From Octopus vulgaris (taxonomy: Eukaryota), in the NCBI GenBank assembly GCA_951406725.2, contig OX597820.1, positions 112,468,001 to 112,532,000 on the forward strand: a stretch of 64,000 bases of DNA, in the 5' to 3' direction. Both the position numbers and the translations under genes were made by a program. Within the stretch, counting starts at the first letter, position 1; each line of letters begins with the position of its first letter. Below, one piece after another: positions 39,480 through 51,902 of this stretch. Under the pieces are notes generated by a model. It was not told the DNA's origin, made no database searches, and saw nothing but the letters and a program-made list of their open reading frames with translations.

Positions 39480-40470
39480 ATGTGGAGACCAGCATGCCAA
39501 AGAACAGACCCAATGTCTCCTCTGTGTGGTAGGAGGTTGAGGTAGGATCTGCACTCCAGCCTCACAAACCCTCACCAGCAACAATCTCTTGTACAAATGC
39601 CAAAAATTCTCTCCTCTAGGGAAGTACCTCATCAACCTATAGGCATGTTGCATGAAGTGAGTGGGGCAAATCTGTCAAGACCCCTCTCTGCTAAACAGAG
39701 AAAAATCTGGAGAACTGGATGGGTTGGAGGGTTGTTGTCTGAGTTGTCATCGGTCAGGAATGGAAACCACAGTTCAACTTGAGGAGACCTTTTCAGATGG
39801 GGACCTGAAATGTTCTTTCTCTGATGGATGATTCCTGTTAGCCTCTAATGTCTTTGAAATTCAACTGTTTGCGAGTTACTGTGGTGGCCCTATCAGAGGT
39901 GCATGAGCCAGGGAGAGGTGACATTACAACCAGTGGTTACACCTGCTACTGGTCTGAGTGGCATGTTAGTGGGGTGGCAGTTGCAGTGGCAGACTGGCTG
40001 GTTCCAATGGTATTAGATATAACACCTGTCAATGAGTGTGTTATGTGGTGGAGGATTCAGCATTTTTCTGGTCGTTGTTTCCCTTTTTGCAGTGTATGTT
40101 CCACCTGCTAGGAGTAACAGGTCAATGAGGAAGACAGTCTACACCCAGCTGTGCTCTGTCACGGAGAGTATCTCCAGTAGGGACACATCTCTTCTAGGTC
40201 ATGGGAGATTTCAGTCCTTCAACTGGGATTGACAGAATGGGATACAAGAGTGTTGTTGGTCTTTTTTGATCTGGTACTTGGAACTATAGTGTTGTGATGC
40301 TCCTGGACTTCGCCTAAAGCTATGGACTTCACATTGTTGGCTCCTGGTATGAACGTTCTGAGCTTGGATTGGATACTTGACCAAATGGAGGCTCAATTGA
40401 GTTGTGGCTCATTCATTGGCGAAACTTGGACTGCAGACCTAAATTTTGATGATGATGCAGTTATTCTTGC
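39480..40470 (+). mobile_element. Decayed RTE-type LINE pieces (APE endonuclease and RT)
   Basis: VVALSEV...SGYTCYW...GVAVAV (APE); GIQECV, DLNFDDDAVILA (RT). Confidence 0.65.
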
Positions 40471-41196
40471 AGTTATTCTTGCTTTTATCTGTGTTTGTCC
40501 TCCCCACCACCTCTGTTTGACAACCAGTATTGGTGTGTTTACATCCCTGTAACTAAGCAGTTTAGCCGATAGAATAAGTACCAGGCTTAAAAGAAGAAAA
40601 TAAGTACTGGGGTTGATTCATTCAACTAACAAAATCCTTCAAGGTGGTGCCCCAGTATGGCCCCAATCTAAAGAATGAAACAAGTGAAAGATACAAGATA
40701 AAAAGATAACAACAAATTTTATGACTGACGATGGCATATGTCTGAGTTATACATAATTATCTATTTTGAAATAGGTTGGAATTAGATGTTTATGGTACGT
40801 CTATATTGTTGGGAGTAAGGTGGGTTGAAGTGGTGGTGGTGGGGGGGGGCAGCTTTATAGCAATGCCTTGGCATGAGAGAGCATGGTCAAAACACATTTG
40901 ATAAACTGATGATGATGATTATGATAACGATAATGATGGTGGTGGTGATGGTGATGTGGATTACAGTAAGGAAATAGTTACTGACAATATCAGTAATAAT
41001 TTGACACTGTGCATATGCTATTTGTCTATACTTCTTGTAGAGAGAGGTAGAAGGAGGAGAGAGAGGGAGGGAAGAGAGAAATGTATAGACAGACAGACAG
41101 ACAGACAGATAGATAGATAGAAAGAGAGAGAATATATGAGGCAGAAATTAAGAGAGGAAAAAAGAAAAAAGGAAACAATGAGATAGATAGATAGAT

Positions 41197-41238
<42 letters not shown>

Positions 41239-41319
41239 AACGAGAGAGAGTGAGGGTGAGAGAGAGGTAAAGAATGTGAGAAAATAAAATGGTGTAAATT
41301 GGAAATAAAGAAGCCATAC

Positions 41320-41412
41320 CTGTGAAAAGTTTAACGTTCTCTTTACAGACTGTGAGACATATAGTATTTTGCCTCTATCACAGCTTACAACAAACAGGAA
41401 TCCATCAGCAGC
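41320..41412 (-). CDS. ARNTL: BMAL1/cycle exon, start of PAS-A (most 5' exon found in the window)
   Basis: AG/GT bounded, 93 nt; translates [31 protein letters not shown], matching vertebrate BMAL1 [23 protein letters not shown]. Confidence 0.96.
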
Positions 41413-43009
41413 CTATTGATGAAACAGAGGTGAAGATGAGTAAAATTAGAGAGAGAGAGAGAGAGCAGAGGTCAGAGAGATTTTAACTAAAATTTATTTG
41501 GTAACACAACATGGGAAATATGAACTGTATTATTTAATCAACTAAATAGTTTGTTGTTATTATTGTAGAATTGCTTCTAATTAAGTATGATATTCACCCA
41601 AAAGTGGATGTCTGTATACAATAAATTGAGTTGTGGGATGGATGTCCAGGTCCAAAGATTAGGTTGGCCAGTGCAATTGGAATATTCTGGTTCTGTATAA
41701 GGTAGCAAACTGACAGAATCATAAGCACGCAGGCCACAGTGCTTAGTGACATTTCTGAATTCAAATTTTACTGAGGCTGACTTTACCATTCATCCTTTTG
41801 GAGTCATTAAAATAAGTATCAGTTGAGTACTGGGTTTGATGTAATCTATGCACCCTCTCCCCCGAAGTTGCTGGCCTTGTGCCAAATTCTGAAATCAATA
41901 TTCTGATTCTCAATTAAATTAAGACCAGAACGTTGTTGATATGATGTCAAGGTATCTTGGAATGGTCTCTCTATTTCCATCTGCAAGTAGTCATGTGATT
42001 TGAACTGCGGAATGTCAGGAGAACATTCATTAAAAATCTTCATTCAGTGTAAATGAAGTGTTTCAATCAAAAAGGCTGATGGTGTCTCAGCATCACTCAC
42101 AAAGACCTTTGTCACTTGCTCATCAGTTATCTATCTAAAGCTAGGTATGGCTATGGTACGTCTGAACTTAGAGCTTGCATCACCTGTCTGTGAGCTCAAA
42201 ATCTTAACCACATAGTTACATGCTTTCACACACACACACACACACAGGCACACATATATATACATTTATAAATGCATGCACATTTTTATATTCCTTTTTT
42301 GCTATAGGGTAAGAAGCTACATTTTGCATAGAAACATGTTTCAGAAAAACACTCCTCCAAATTACCATCACCATTTCCTGTTTTACACATCACCATACTC
42401 AAAGCCAGCGAAACTCCAATAATTGGATAAAAAATTTGATTGATTTCCACAAATCAAATGAAGGTGATGGATATAAATTATATTTTTGTTCTGCAAATAT
42501 GATTATATAGCCATTTTATTGTGGATTTATTTAGTCACATACAAGCTGTTCAGGCCATGCTTATGGCTAAGTCTGTTTACATTCATACACTATGAGAAAG
42601 AAGTGTATGTATATTGTGTCAGCACCTTATATCCTTACATATCAATACTTTAATATTTGTTTGGTTCTACAGGTGCAGAATCTGAATATAAAATTAACAA
42701 TAAGATACCGAAGTCTTTATTTAATATGATTGTTTTACTTTCACATTGTCCTTGTGTTAGTCATTGGGGTGAATACAAAATCCAGACAAATATACTGCAA
42801 CAATCGTATTTTCACTTGTGAGTGTGAAAAGGAGAGACAGCATCCATAACTCTTTTATGGTATGGGATAGCTAAGTGCATAGAGATAGTTATGTGTGGTT
42901 TGTATGATTAAATGTTCCATTTGAGATTTTTGGTAGGTGAAAGAAAATATAGGGTGGGATTTTTAGAGGGTTGCAATCAGGAAAAGACATGTTAAGTAGA
43001 GTGTTGTAG

Positions 43010-43551
43010 TTCAGGGAAAGACAAAAAGTTAACAGAATCAATGACATGGTTATGTGCAGACCCTTCTGAAGTTCCAAGTGTTATGCAAACAAAATTTCCT
43101 GCAACTGTCATGGTTTTAGGGGTTGTCAGCAATGAAGGACATGTGATGCCTCCTTACTTCTTTTCACAAGTTAACTCTGCTGTCTACATTGAGGTCCTGG
43201 AAATAATTGTTAAACCCTGGATAGACAGTGTATGCAATGGAAAAGTCTGCACTATCACATATGGCTTTAGTAACACAGGAATGGATGGCTGAAAATTTTC
43301 ATGATCACATAACCCCTAACATTTGGCCTCCTAATTCCCCAGATCTCAATCCATTGGATTATTGCATGTGGAGTGTTGTTGAGAGAGAGAGAGAGGTCAA
43401 CAAACACGCCCATAACACCAAAGATACTTTGAAAGCTGCCATAGTCAGAGTAATGTCCAACATGAACCAGGACCACTTGATTTGAGCATGTAGATGATTT
43501 AGATCTCATATAGAAGCAGTTGTTGAAGCTGAAGGTGGCTGTATTGAATAA
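43010..43551 (+). mobile_element. Tc1/mariner-superfamily transposase remnant
   Basis: TKFPATVMVLGVVSNEGHVMPPYFF, WPPNSPDLNPLDYCMWSVVE, terminal AEGGCIE-stop; frameshifted. Confidence 0.88.
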
Positions 43552-44190
43552 CATTAGAGAAAAGGACGTTTATTTCTATCCTCATAGCATTTTTTGATAA
43601 ATAAATTTATTATCTCTTATTATGTATCTGTATTTTTTTATAAACATAAACCTGTCCTCAAATATCTTACACTCTATATATGTATATATATTGTTTGCTC
43701 ATTACCATCATTTAATGTTAAATTGTATTTAGATACAACTTAACATAAAATCAAATAATATATACACATACACACACATATATATATACATATACATGTA
43801 TACACATGCACACACACACACACACACATACACACACATAACATATTTTCTAATGATTTTTCAACAACCAATGAGATCTCGGCCACTAATCATATTTTGA
43901 TTTGTTTACAAATAATTTTTTTTATATACATCGATGGTGATGATCATGATGATAATGATGATGATGATATCGTGCTACTTCACTCCTTCAGTTGTTTGAA
44001 TAATTGATCAGCAACACAGAACTCAGAGATACAATTACAGAGGCTGTACCTTCTAATAATATACATACTTACAATACACACACACACACACACATATGTA
44101 TATATATGTGTGTATTTATATATATATAGAATCATTTGTAGAAATACATAAATCTAGAGGAGAAGCACACTCTAAGATGTAGAGCAGTTA

Positions 44191-44410
44191 ATATTATAGT
44201 GGGGTATGCTGGTTTATGGGGTTACCCTGGGTTTCTCTCTCAAAGGGAGTTTAGCCTTACAGCATATCTCCAGACCCGAAACTCTACTGGCCTGAGACCT
44301 CTTTAGAATATATTTTAAGATGTTTCAGGTCAGCAATGTTTGGGGTCAGAAGATACACTGTAAGGCTAAACCCTTTATAAGCAAGAAACCGGCCTGCTCC
44401 ACTATAATAT
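44191..44410. mobile_element. Decayed fold-back element with a hammerhead relic (44219-44277, -)
   Basis: GGGU CUGGAGA ...long stem II... GAA ACCC-A-GGGU A^ ACCC; the other arm reads CAGAAGA, suggesting ancestral CUGAAGA. Confidence 0.6.
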
Positions 44411-44429
44411 ATATATACATATATATTTA

Positions 44430-44562
44430 CAGTAGAACCTTGGTTTTCAAACAACTCTGATCACGAATAAATCGTGCTTTATATATATATCTATATATAT
44501 CTATATACATAAAACATGATTTATTCGCTATCAGAGTTGTTTGAAAACCAAGGTACTAACTG
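44430..44562. mobile_element. Tigger/pogo-type palindromic MITE
   Basis: TA flanks; CAGTAGAACCTTGGTTTTCAAACAACTCTGAT / ATCAGAGTTGTTTGAAAACCAAGGTACTAACTG. Confidence 0.75.
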
Positions 44563-44674
44563 TATATTTAATGTCCAACATATATTTTTTATTTTTATTC
44601 TCATATTTCCCTTTATACTTCCTATATCTCTCCCTTTCCAAAATAACTTCTTATACTGAACTCTACTATTTCCT

Positions 44675-44720
44675 TCTAAGATGATGGGATATCCTTTATA
44701 TCCCTGAAACAGCTGTAAGA
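44675..44720 (+). ncRNA. Degenerate hammerhead motif
   Basis: UCU aaGAUGA U GGGAUAU-CCUUU-AUAUCCC U GAA ACAGCUGU A^ AGA: perfect 7-bp stem II and palindromic stem III, but core CU replaced by AA. Confidence 0.6.
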
Positions 44721-45652
44721 CTATCATTTTCTTTAGAAATGTCCCAGAAATTTCACACTGCTTTGGTTTTGTTATCTCATTTCATTTAACATATACATGC
44801 TCCCACATGGTTCATGTTAGAATCCTCACTCATACTATTATTGAGCCAGGAGTCTAACAACAGTCCTTCTAGAGCACTTACATAGCCTTACCTGCCTTTT
44901 GGGTCTTCTGGATACCAAAACCTCACACACACACACACACACACATATATACACACAAACAGAGAGAGCTTAGATATAAACATATATATATATAGAAAGA
45001 GTGAGAGAGAGAGAGATTAGATATAAATATATATATATACGTACACACACAGATATATATATATATATACACACATACACAGATATGGATGTATACACAC
45101 GCACACACATATAAACATATAAATATATACATATATCTGCAATACAAGGTATGGATAGGCAGCATAAAGCAGTGTCTCTCCAGACTAAAACTATAAATAT
45201 TAATAATATAAATATTAATTATTAATCTGGAAAAAAAAATGATTTCCAGTTCACTGTATGAATGTTAATTTAATGAAAGGAATTCAGTGTGTAATTCAAT
45301 AAATGATTACTCTATTGATGTGAGACAGACACAATTTCCACAGTCTTTCAAGTTCAGTTTATAAAACTACATGCACAGCTTATTAAATCCATATGCTGTG
45401 ATTACATCTCCAGAATGAATGAAATGTAAGTGTATGGAAAGCAGAAATTACTCTGCTTTCTTTCTGTATCAATACAGTATGATCAGTGCATGTGTGTGTG
45501 CATGTGTGTGTGTGCGTGTGTGTGTAGTTATATTGAAATAATGAGTGCATGTATGTGTGTTACAGTGAAAGGTTGAGTGGGTTGGGGATGCATACAAACC
45601 ACTGAATATTTTCATTCCTACTGATACACACACACACACACACACACACAAT

Positions 45653-45754
45653 ATCAAAGGACATACTAAGTATGTCTACCTGTTGGAAATAAACAATCAA
45701 AATAGTTTTGACTGTTATTTCCAGCAGGTAGACATACTTAGTATGTCCTTTGAT
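45653..45754. repeat. Near-perfect ~100-bp palindrome with nested palindromes
   Basis: ATCAAAGGACATACTAAGTATGTCTACCTG...CAGGTAGACATACTTAGTATGTCCTTTGAT. Confidence 0.9.
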
Positions 45755-45922
45755 TAATTTTAATCCTTCAGTTATTTAATGCTTTTTTTGAGGGGGTGGG
45801 GGGTCTACAATCGCCTATTTTATTGCTTCTGTTATTATCATTTTTAAATTGTTACATTAGATAATAGTAGAGTCAATGATATCTTTGCAAATATTTTCTC
45901 CTGAATTATTTGCTCCATATTG

Positions 45923-45971
<49 letters not shown>

Positions 45972-46402
45972 CATGCATGCATGTATGTAAGTATGTATAT
46001 CATCATCATCGCCATCATTTCACATTTCACTCAAGTTGTATATCATCATCATCATTTAGCGTCCGCTTTCCATGCTAGCATGGGTTGGACGTTTCAACTG
46101 GGGTCTGTGAAGCCAGAAGGCTGCACCAGGCCCAGTCTGATCTGGCAATGTTTCTATGGCTGGATGCCCTTCCTAACTCCAACCACTCCGTGAGTGTAGT
46201 GGGTGCTTTTTATGTGCCAGACAGGGCTGGCGAACGGCCACGGTCAGATGGTGCTTTTTACGCGCCACTGGCATGGGGGCCAGGCGAGGCTGGCAATGGC
46301 CACGATCGGATGGTGCTTTTTACGCGCCACCGGCATGGGGGCCAGGCGAGGCTGGCAACGGCCACGATCGGATGGTGGCACGTGCCACTGGCACGTAAAC
46401 AA

Positions 46403-46464
<62 letters not shown>

Positions 46465-46495
46465 GTGCACAAACACACACACATGTATATGTATG

Positions 46496-46723
46496 CAGTA
46501 ATCCCTTGCTATATTATGGTTCACCTATCGCAGTTTATTATTTAAGCTTACATTGATTACTCTGTGGCTTTGTTTTGCAATTATAATAAAATAAATATAT
46601 ACAAATTATAAAAATAAATAATAATAAAAAAATATATAGGATGGTACTGTTTCTACTTTATGGATTTTCACCTATCGCAAGGGGTTTTGGAACATAACAC
46701 TCATAATAGTCAAGGGATTACTG
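46496..46723. mobile_element. Tigger/pogo-type MITE
   Basis: TIRs CAGTAATCCCTTG / CAAGGGATTACTG followed by TA. Confidence 0.75.
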
Positions 46724-46807
46724 TATGTGTATGTGTTAATGTTTTTGTCTGTCTGTCTACCTGGCTCTCTGCCTGTCTATATGAGTTTGTTTATCTGTAT
46801 ATGTATA

Positions 46808-47955
46808 CACAGTGTGTTTGGGCAAAATTTGATCATTTTTTTATGTCTCTTTTTTTCAGGAACAGCTTGATGTATTGGTGAACAGTGTTGGAGAGCATAA
46901 ATAGGGAACCTGTAGTGGAGAAAAAGTGAGCTGACATGGAGGAATGGCTGTCATCTGAATACTGGAAAAGAGCTACATGTATTACAATGATTTGCACCAG
47001 CTGCTAACACCATGACTGCTGCTCAATGTTCTGTGAACACTGTAAAGCAGCATTTCTCAAACAGGGTTCCCTGTAACCTTAGGGTTTGCAAAAGATTCTT
47101 AGGGGTTCCACAAGAAAGAGTGAGATAAGCTAATGCTAATTACATGATCATAATATTACTATACATGCACAACATCATCCTATCTAACCTATTATGTTAT
47201 CAAAAAGATATAACAACCATATATATATATATTTATATATATATATATGATATCTAACACGTGAACTACAATGTATATAACTTTTTTTGTGCAAGGGTCC
47301 CATGAGACATGTAATTCATTTTAAGGGTTATGCAAGGGAAAAAAGGTTGAGAAATACTGCTGTAAAGGCTGTATGTAAGACATGACATGGACAGCTGCAA
47401 TAAGGACTACAAAGCTGTGGGCCTGCAGGAAGGCACTGTATTCTGACTGCATCCACATGCCACATCTTTGAAAAGGGCCTTAGGCTCAATTCAGATGGCT
47501 ATGTGAAACTGCTGGAAACTGTGGTCACCCTGGCTGAAGAAAGTTGCTGCTCAAAGGCCATATGTGTGGCAGCAGGATTCGGCTCCTTGCCATACCTCCA
47601 GAAAGAGTCAAAAGTGGTTGCTGGAGAATTTCTACAACTTCACTAGCCCCAATTTCTGGCCTTTAATTCTCCCAATTTTAATCTCATAATTTACTGTGTG
47701 TAGGGAGCAGTTGAGAAAGGCACCAACACCAAGCTGGTGGCCAAGATCAAGGAGGTGTTAAAAGATCTTCCCAGGGACACAGTGAAGAATGCATGCATCA
47801 AGTTTTAGACCCATCTTGAGACTATGGTGGAAGCTGAGGGTGACTGCTTCAAGTAACCTGTTATCTCCCAGCCATAGTTCATATTTTTGATACTTTAAAA
47901 TACTTTTATTTTTGTATGAGATATTTTGTTTTCTTTTCCTATTTATGCAAACTGT
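46808..47955 (+). mobile_element. Internally deleted Tc1/mariner-superfamily element interrupted by a MITE
   Basis: 47477-47855 is homologous to 23500-23876 (WQQDSAPCHTS); outer boundaries approximate. Confidence 0.7.
47048..47359. mobile_element. hAT-type MITE
   Basis: TIRs CAGCATTTCTCAAAC / GGTTGAGAAATACTG; 8-bp target duplication CTGTAAAG at 47040-47047 and 47360-47367. Confidence 0.88.
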
Positions 47956-47956
47956 T

Positions 47957-48470
47957 GTGGAGGCGCAATGGCCCAGTGGTTAGTGCAGCGGACTCACAGT
48001 CGTAGAATCGCAGTTTCAATTCTCATCCGGGCATTGTGACTGTTTATTGAGCGAAAACACCTAAAGCTCCACAAGGCTCCTGCAGGGAGTGGTGGTGAAC
48101 CCTGCTGTACTCTTTCACCACAACTTTCTCTCACTCTTTCTTCCTGTTTCTGTTGTACCTGTATTTCAAAGGGCCAGCCTTGTCACACTCTGAGTCATGC
48201 TGAATCTCCCTGAGAACTACGTTAAGGGTATCCATGTCTGTAGAATGCTCAGCCACTTGCACGTTAATAAATGAGCTGCAACGTCATTGGTGCCAAGCTG
48301 TATCGGACCCTTTGCCTTTCCCTTAGATAACACTGGTGGCATGGAGGGGGAGGCTGGTATGCATGGGCGACTGCTGGTCTTCTATAAACAACCTTGCCCG
48401 GACTTGTGCCTGGGAGGGTAACTTTCTCGGTGCAATCCCATGGGCATTCATGACAGAAGGGGGTTTTTAC
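47957..48470 (+). mobile_element. Second tRNA-derived SINE family; partial copy at about 22268-22455
   Basis: GTGGAGGCGCAATGGCCCAGTGGTTAG head with A/B-box-like motifs; shared GTTTATTGAGCGAAAxCACCTAAAGCTCCAC. Confidence 0.75.
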
Positions 48471-48675
48471 ATTTTGTTTTTATGTCATGGTTGTAAAACA
48501 TGTGTCACTATCATACAAGCAATCTAATTTGTTTCCAGTCTTCCAATAGAAACGTGTCTGGCCATAGGTAAATATTTGGCAGTGGCTTTATCTCATATCC
48601 AAGACTGCATGGAGGACTAGGTTGGTTTTTGTCGAGCCTTTCTCTTATTAATAATGAGATTATTGTACACAGTGC

Positions 48676-49010
48676 TCAGGTGCACCACATCTTGTCAAAA
48701 GTGCGTATAAAGTATATGCAGTAATGTACAAATGTCTGGAAAGCAAATAGTGCATGAGTCAGATACATGCTTGCGTGTGTATGGAGGGGGAGAAAATCAG
48801 GTGTAGTGTTGGCGAATCTCAGGAAGCATGGAAGTTTTGAAGGATGCAGTGCTCCAACAACTAACAACTGATGCAGGCAGTTTGTTCCATGCTTCAGCAA
48901 CTCTCAGCATGAAAAAAATGTTTCCTGAAGTCATGGGAGCTGTGCTGTTTTCTGACTTTGTAAACATGTCCACGGGTGTTAGATGGGTGGAGTTTGAAAA
49001 GGTGCTGATC
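48676..49010 (-). mobile_element. 3' end of a CR1/L2-type LINE
   Basis: FFMLRVAEAWNKLPASVVSC.STASFK, typical ORF2 terminus. Confidence 0.75.
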
Positions 49011-50164
49011 TGATCTACTAAAACTGGTGTCTGCATTAGTCACATGCACACACACACAAAAAGACTAAAAAGTCTAAAATACAAAAGAAAAATTTTTAAA
49101 GCCTCCCTACTCATACTCACAGAGGCATGTGGCCCAGTAGTTAGGGTGTTGGACTCATGATCACAAAATTGCAGTTTCAATTCTTAGACCAGGTGATGTG
49201 TTGTGTTTTTGAGCAAAACACTTCATTTCACATTGCTTCAGTCCACTCAGCTGACAAAGGCGAGTAATCCTGCGATAGACTAGCATCCCATCCAGGTGGG
49301 GAATATATACACCATGAAACCAGGAAGCCAGCTCTTGTGTGTCAGCATGACTTGAAAAGGTAACTTTACCTTTACTTTTTTAGGGTCTTACACTCATGAT
49401 CATAAGAACAGGGTTTCAGTTCCAAGACTGGGCAGTGTATTGTGTTCTTAAGGAAAACACTTCATTTCATGTTGTTCCATTTCCCTCAGCTGCAAATGAG
49501 TTCCAGCAATGACTGAGAAATTAACCCTGTGAGAGACTGGTGTCTTATCCAGGGAGGGAGTGTTGTTATCCCAGCCACTTACACTCTATGGAAACTGGGC
49601 TAAACTCCAGTGTTATGGGTCCTAGGGCTCATAACAGACCTAAATAAGTCTCATACACATATGTGCATAGAGCTTACATGTATGATAATAAGGTTATAAG
49701 ATAGCAAGATGATGTAAAAGTGATTGGATTAACAGACCACAAGTGTGATGAGCTAAATCCCAGCTTAGTAAAAGGCGAGATTTCATTCATTTCAGGTTTT
49801 TATTTACAATAGTGCAGCTTAGAGCAGCATAAATCAATAGACAGGAATTGTATGTCGAGTGACAACAAGGGTTGGGTGGTGAATGTGGTGTTTGTGTCTG
49901 CATGTGGATATATGTGTGTGCATAAGGTGGCATATATATGTGCATGTATGTGTGCGTGTGATGTGTGTGAGTGTGCATATATGTATATCTGACAGTATGT
50001 GTTTTGTGTGTGTGTGTTTGGCAGCACATACAGGCATGTGTTTGAATATGTGTGTCAACATATGCATAGCTTTGTGTGTGTGTGAGTGCAAAAAGATGAG
50101 AATTGCCTGTATGATGTCTAGAAATAACATATGTGTATGTGTGTACCACATATGCATGTGTGAG

Positions 50165-50203
<39 letters not shown>

Positions 50204-50400
50204 GCACAGATCAATGCACCAAAAATTATATACATATATAGAAAAGTAAAGAGGGAAGTGAAAAGGAGGTTAGGGTGGTGTGAGAAAGGAAAGAGAAAAG
50301 GAAAAGATGTTGAGAATGAGACAGAGAAGATGAAACAGAAAAAGAAAGAAAAGTAAAAGTAGTTAGAGAGAGAGAGAGAGAGAGATAGATAGAGAGATAG

Positions 50401-50463
<63 letters not shown>

Positions 50464-51221
50464 AAGGTTCAAACCAAAAGTGTGTATGCTACCAGTATGG
50501 GTGGGTGTGTCAAACATGCCCCTCCTACCAGTCAAAGAAGCAGATCACAAAATACAAGGGTGGAACAGTTTGTGTCGGTGAGGTAGTGGTTTGTAATCAT
50601 GGAACAGAGATAGGGAAGTGAACTGTGAAGTATAGATAAAAGAATATAATTCTGTGTGGATGTGTGTGTGTGTATATATGTGTGAGTGCGTCTGTGTGTT
50701 TGTGAAAGAAAGATAGAGATGACAAGAATGTTGTGAGGGATTGTGGGAAGGTTGAGCAAAAGGGTTATATAGAAGAGTGGCAGTGGTGGTGGTTGTAGTA
50801 ACAGTGAGAGAGAAAGAGAGAGAGATAGAGATAGAGAGAGAGAGAGAGATGGGGAGAGAGAGCAGTCAATGTAAACATCACCAGTGTCTTTACTAGATGA
50901 AGTAAAAGTACATACCTGTCACTTCTACTAGTATATCAAACATACACATGCACACACTCATTTACCTTGGTCTTTGTCTACACACACACACACACACATT
51001 TACATATACACACGTGTCTAGACAGACACACATAGATATACATATATACACTCTTATTGTGAACAGAAAGATAATTAACTTTTAAGCACATATACATACC
51101 TAGCTTAGAGTCTCTTTCTTTCTCTCTTACGCTCTTCTCTCTCTCTCTTTCTCACCCTCTCTCTTACTCTCTCTCTCTCTCTCACATACAAATATAAAAC
51201 CCATAGAAACACATGCAAACA

Positions 51222-51339
51222 TGTATGCATGCATACATACATACATACATACATACTTGCACATACATACATACATACATACATACATATGTACAGATAT
51301 ACATACATACATACATGCATGCATACATACATACATACA

Positions 51340-51370
<31 letters not shown>

Positions 51371-51379
51371 GTACATACA

Positions 51380-51410
<31 letters not shown>

Positions 51411-51471
51411 GTACATACATACATATGTACATACATACATACATACATACATACATACATACATACATACA

Positions 51472-51502
<31 letters not shown>

Positions 51503-51902
51503 GTACAGATATACATACATACATACATGCATGCATGCATACATACATACATACATACATACATACATACATACATACATACATACATACATACATACAT
51601 ACATACATACATACATACATACATACATACATACATACATACATACATACACACATACATACATACATATGTACATACATACATATGTACACACATACAT
51701 ACATACATACATATGTACATACATACATATGTACAGACATACATACATACATACATATGTACATACATACATACATACACACATACATACATACATACAT
51801 ATGTACATACATACATATGTACAGACATACATACATACACATATGTACATACATGAATACATACATACATACATACATACATTCATACACACACACATAC
51901 AT
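51222..51902. repeat. ~680-bp (TACA)n microsatellite array
   Basis: Tetranucleotide run with periodic TATGTACA interruptions; source of the long spurious ORFs. Confidence 0.97.

Noticed and set aside
44892-44921. Possible micro-exon with a strong CAG/gtaagg donor
   Set aside because: Acceptor is preceded by (GT)n rather than a pyrimidine tract, and VLVSRRPKRQ does not match BMAL1 at this position.
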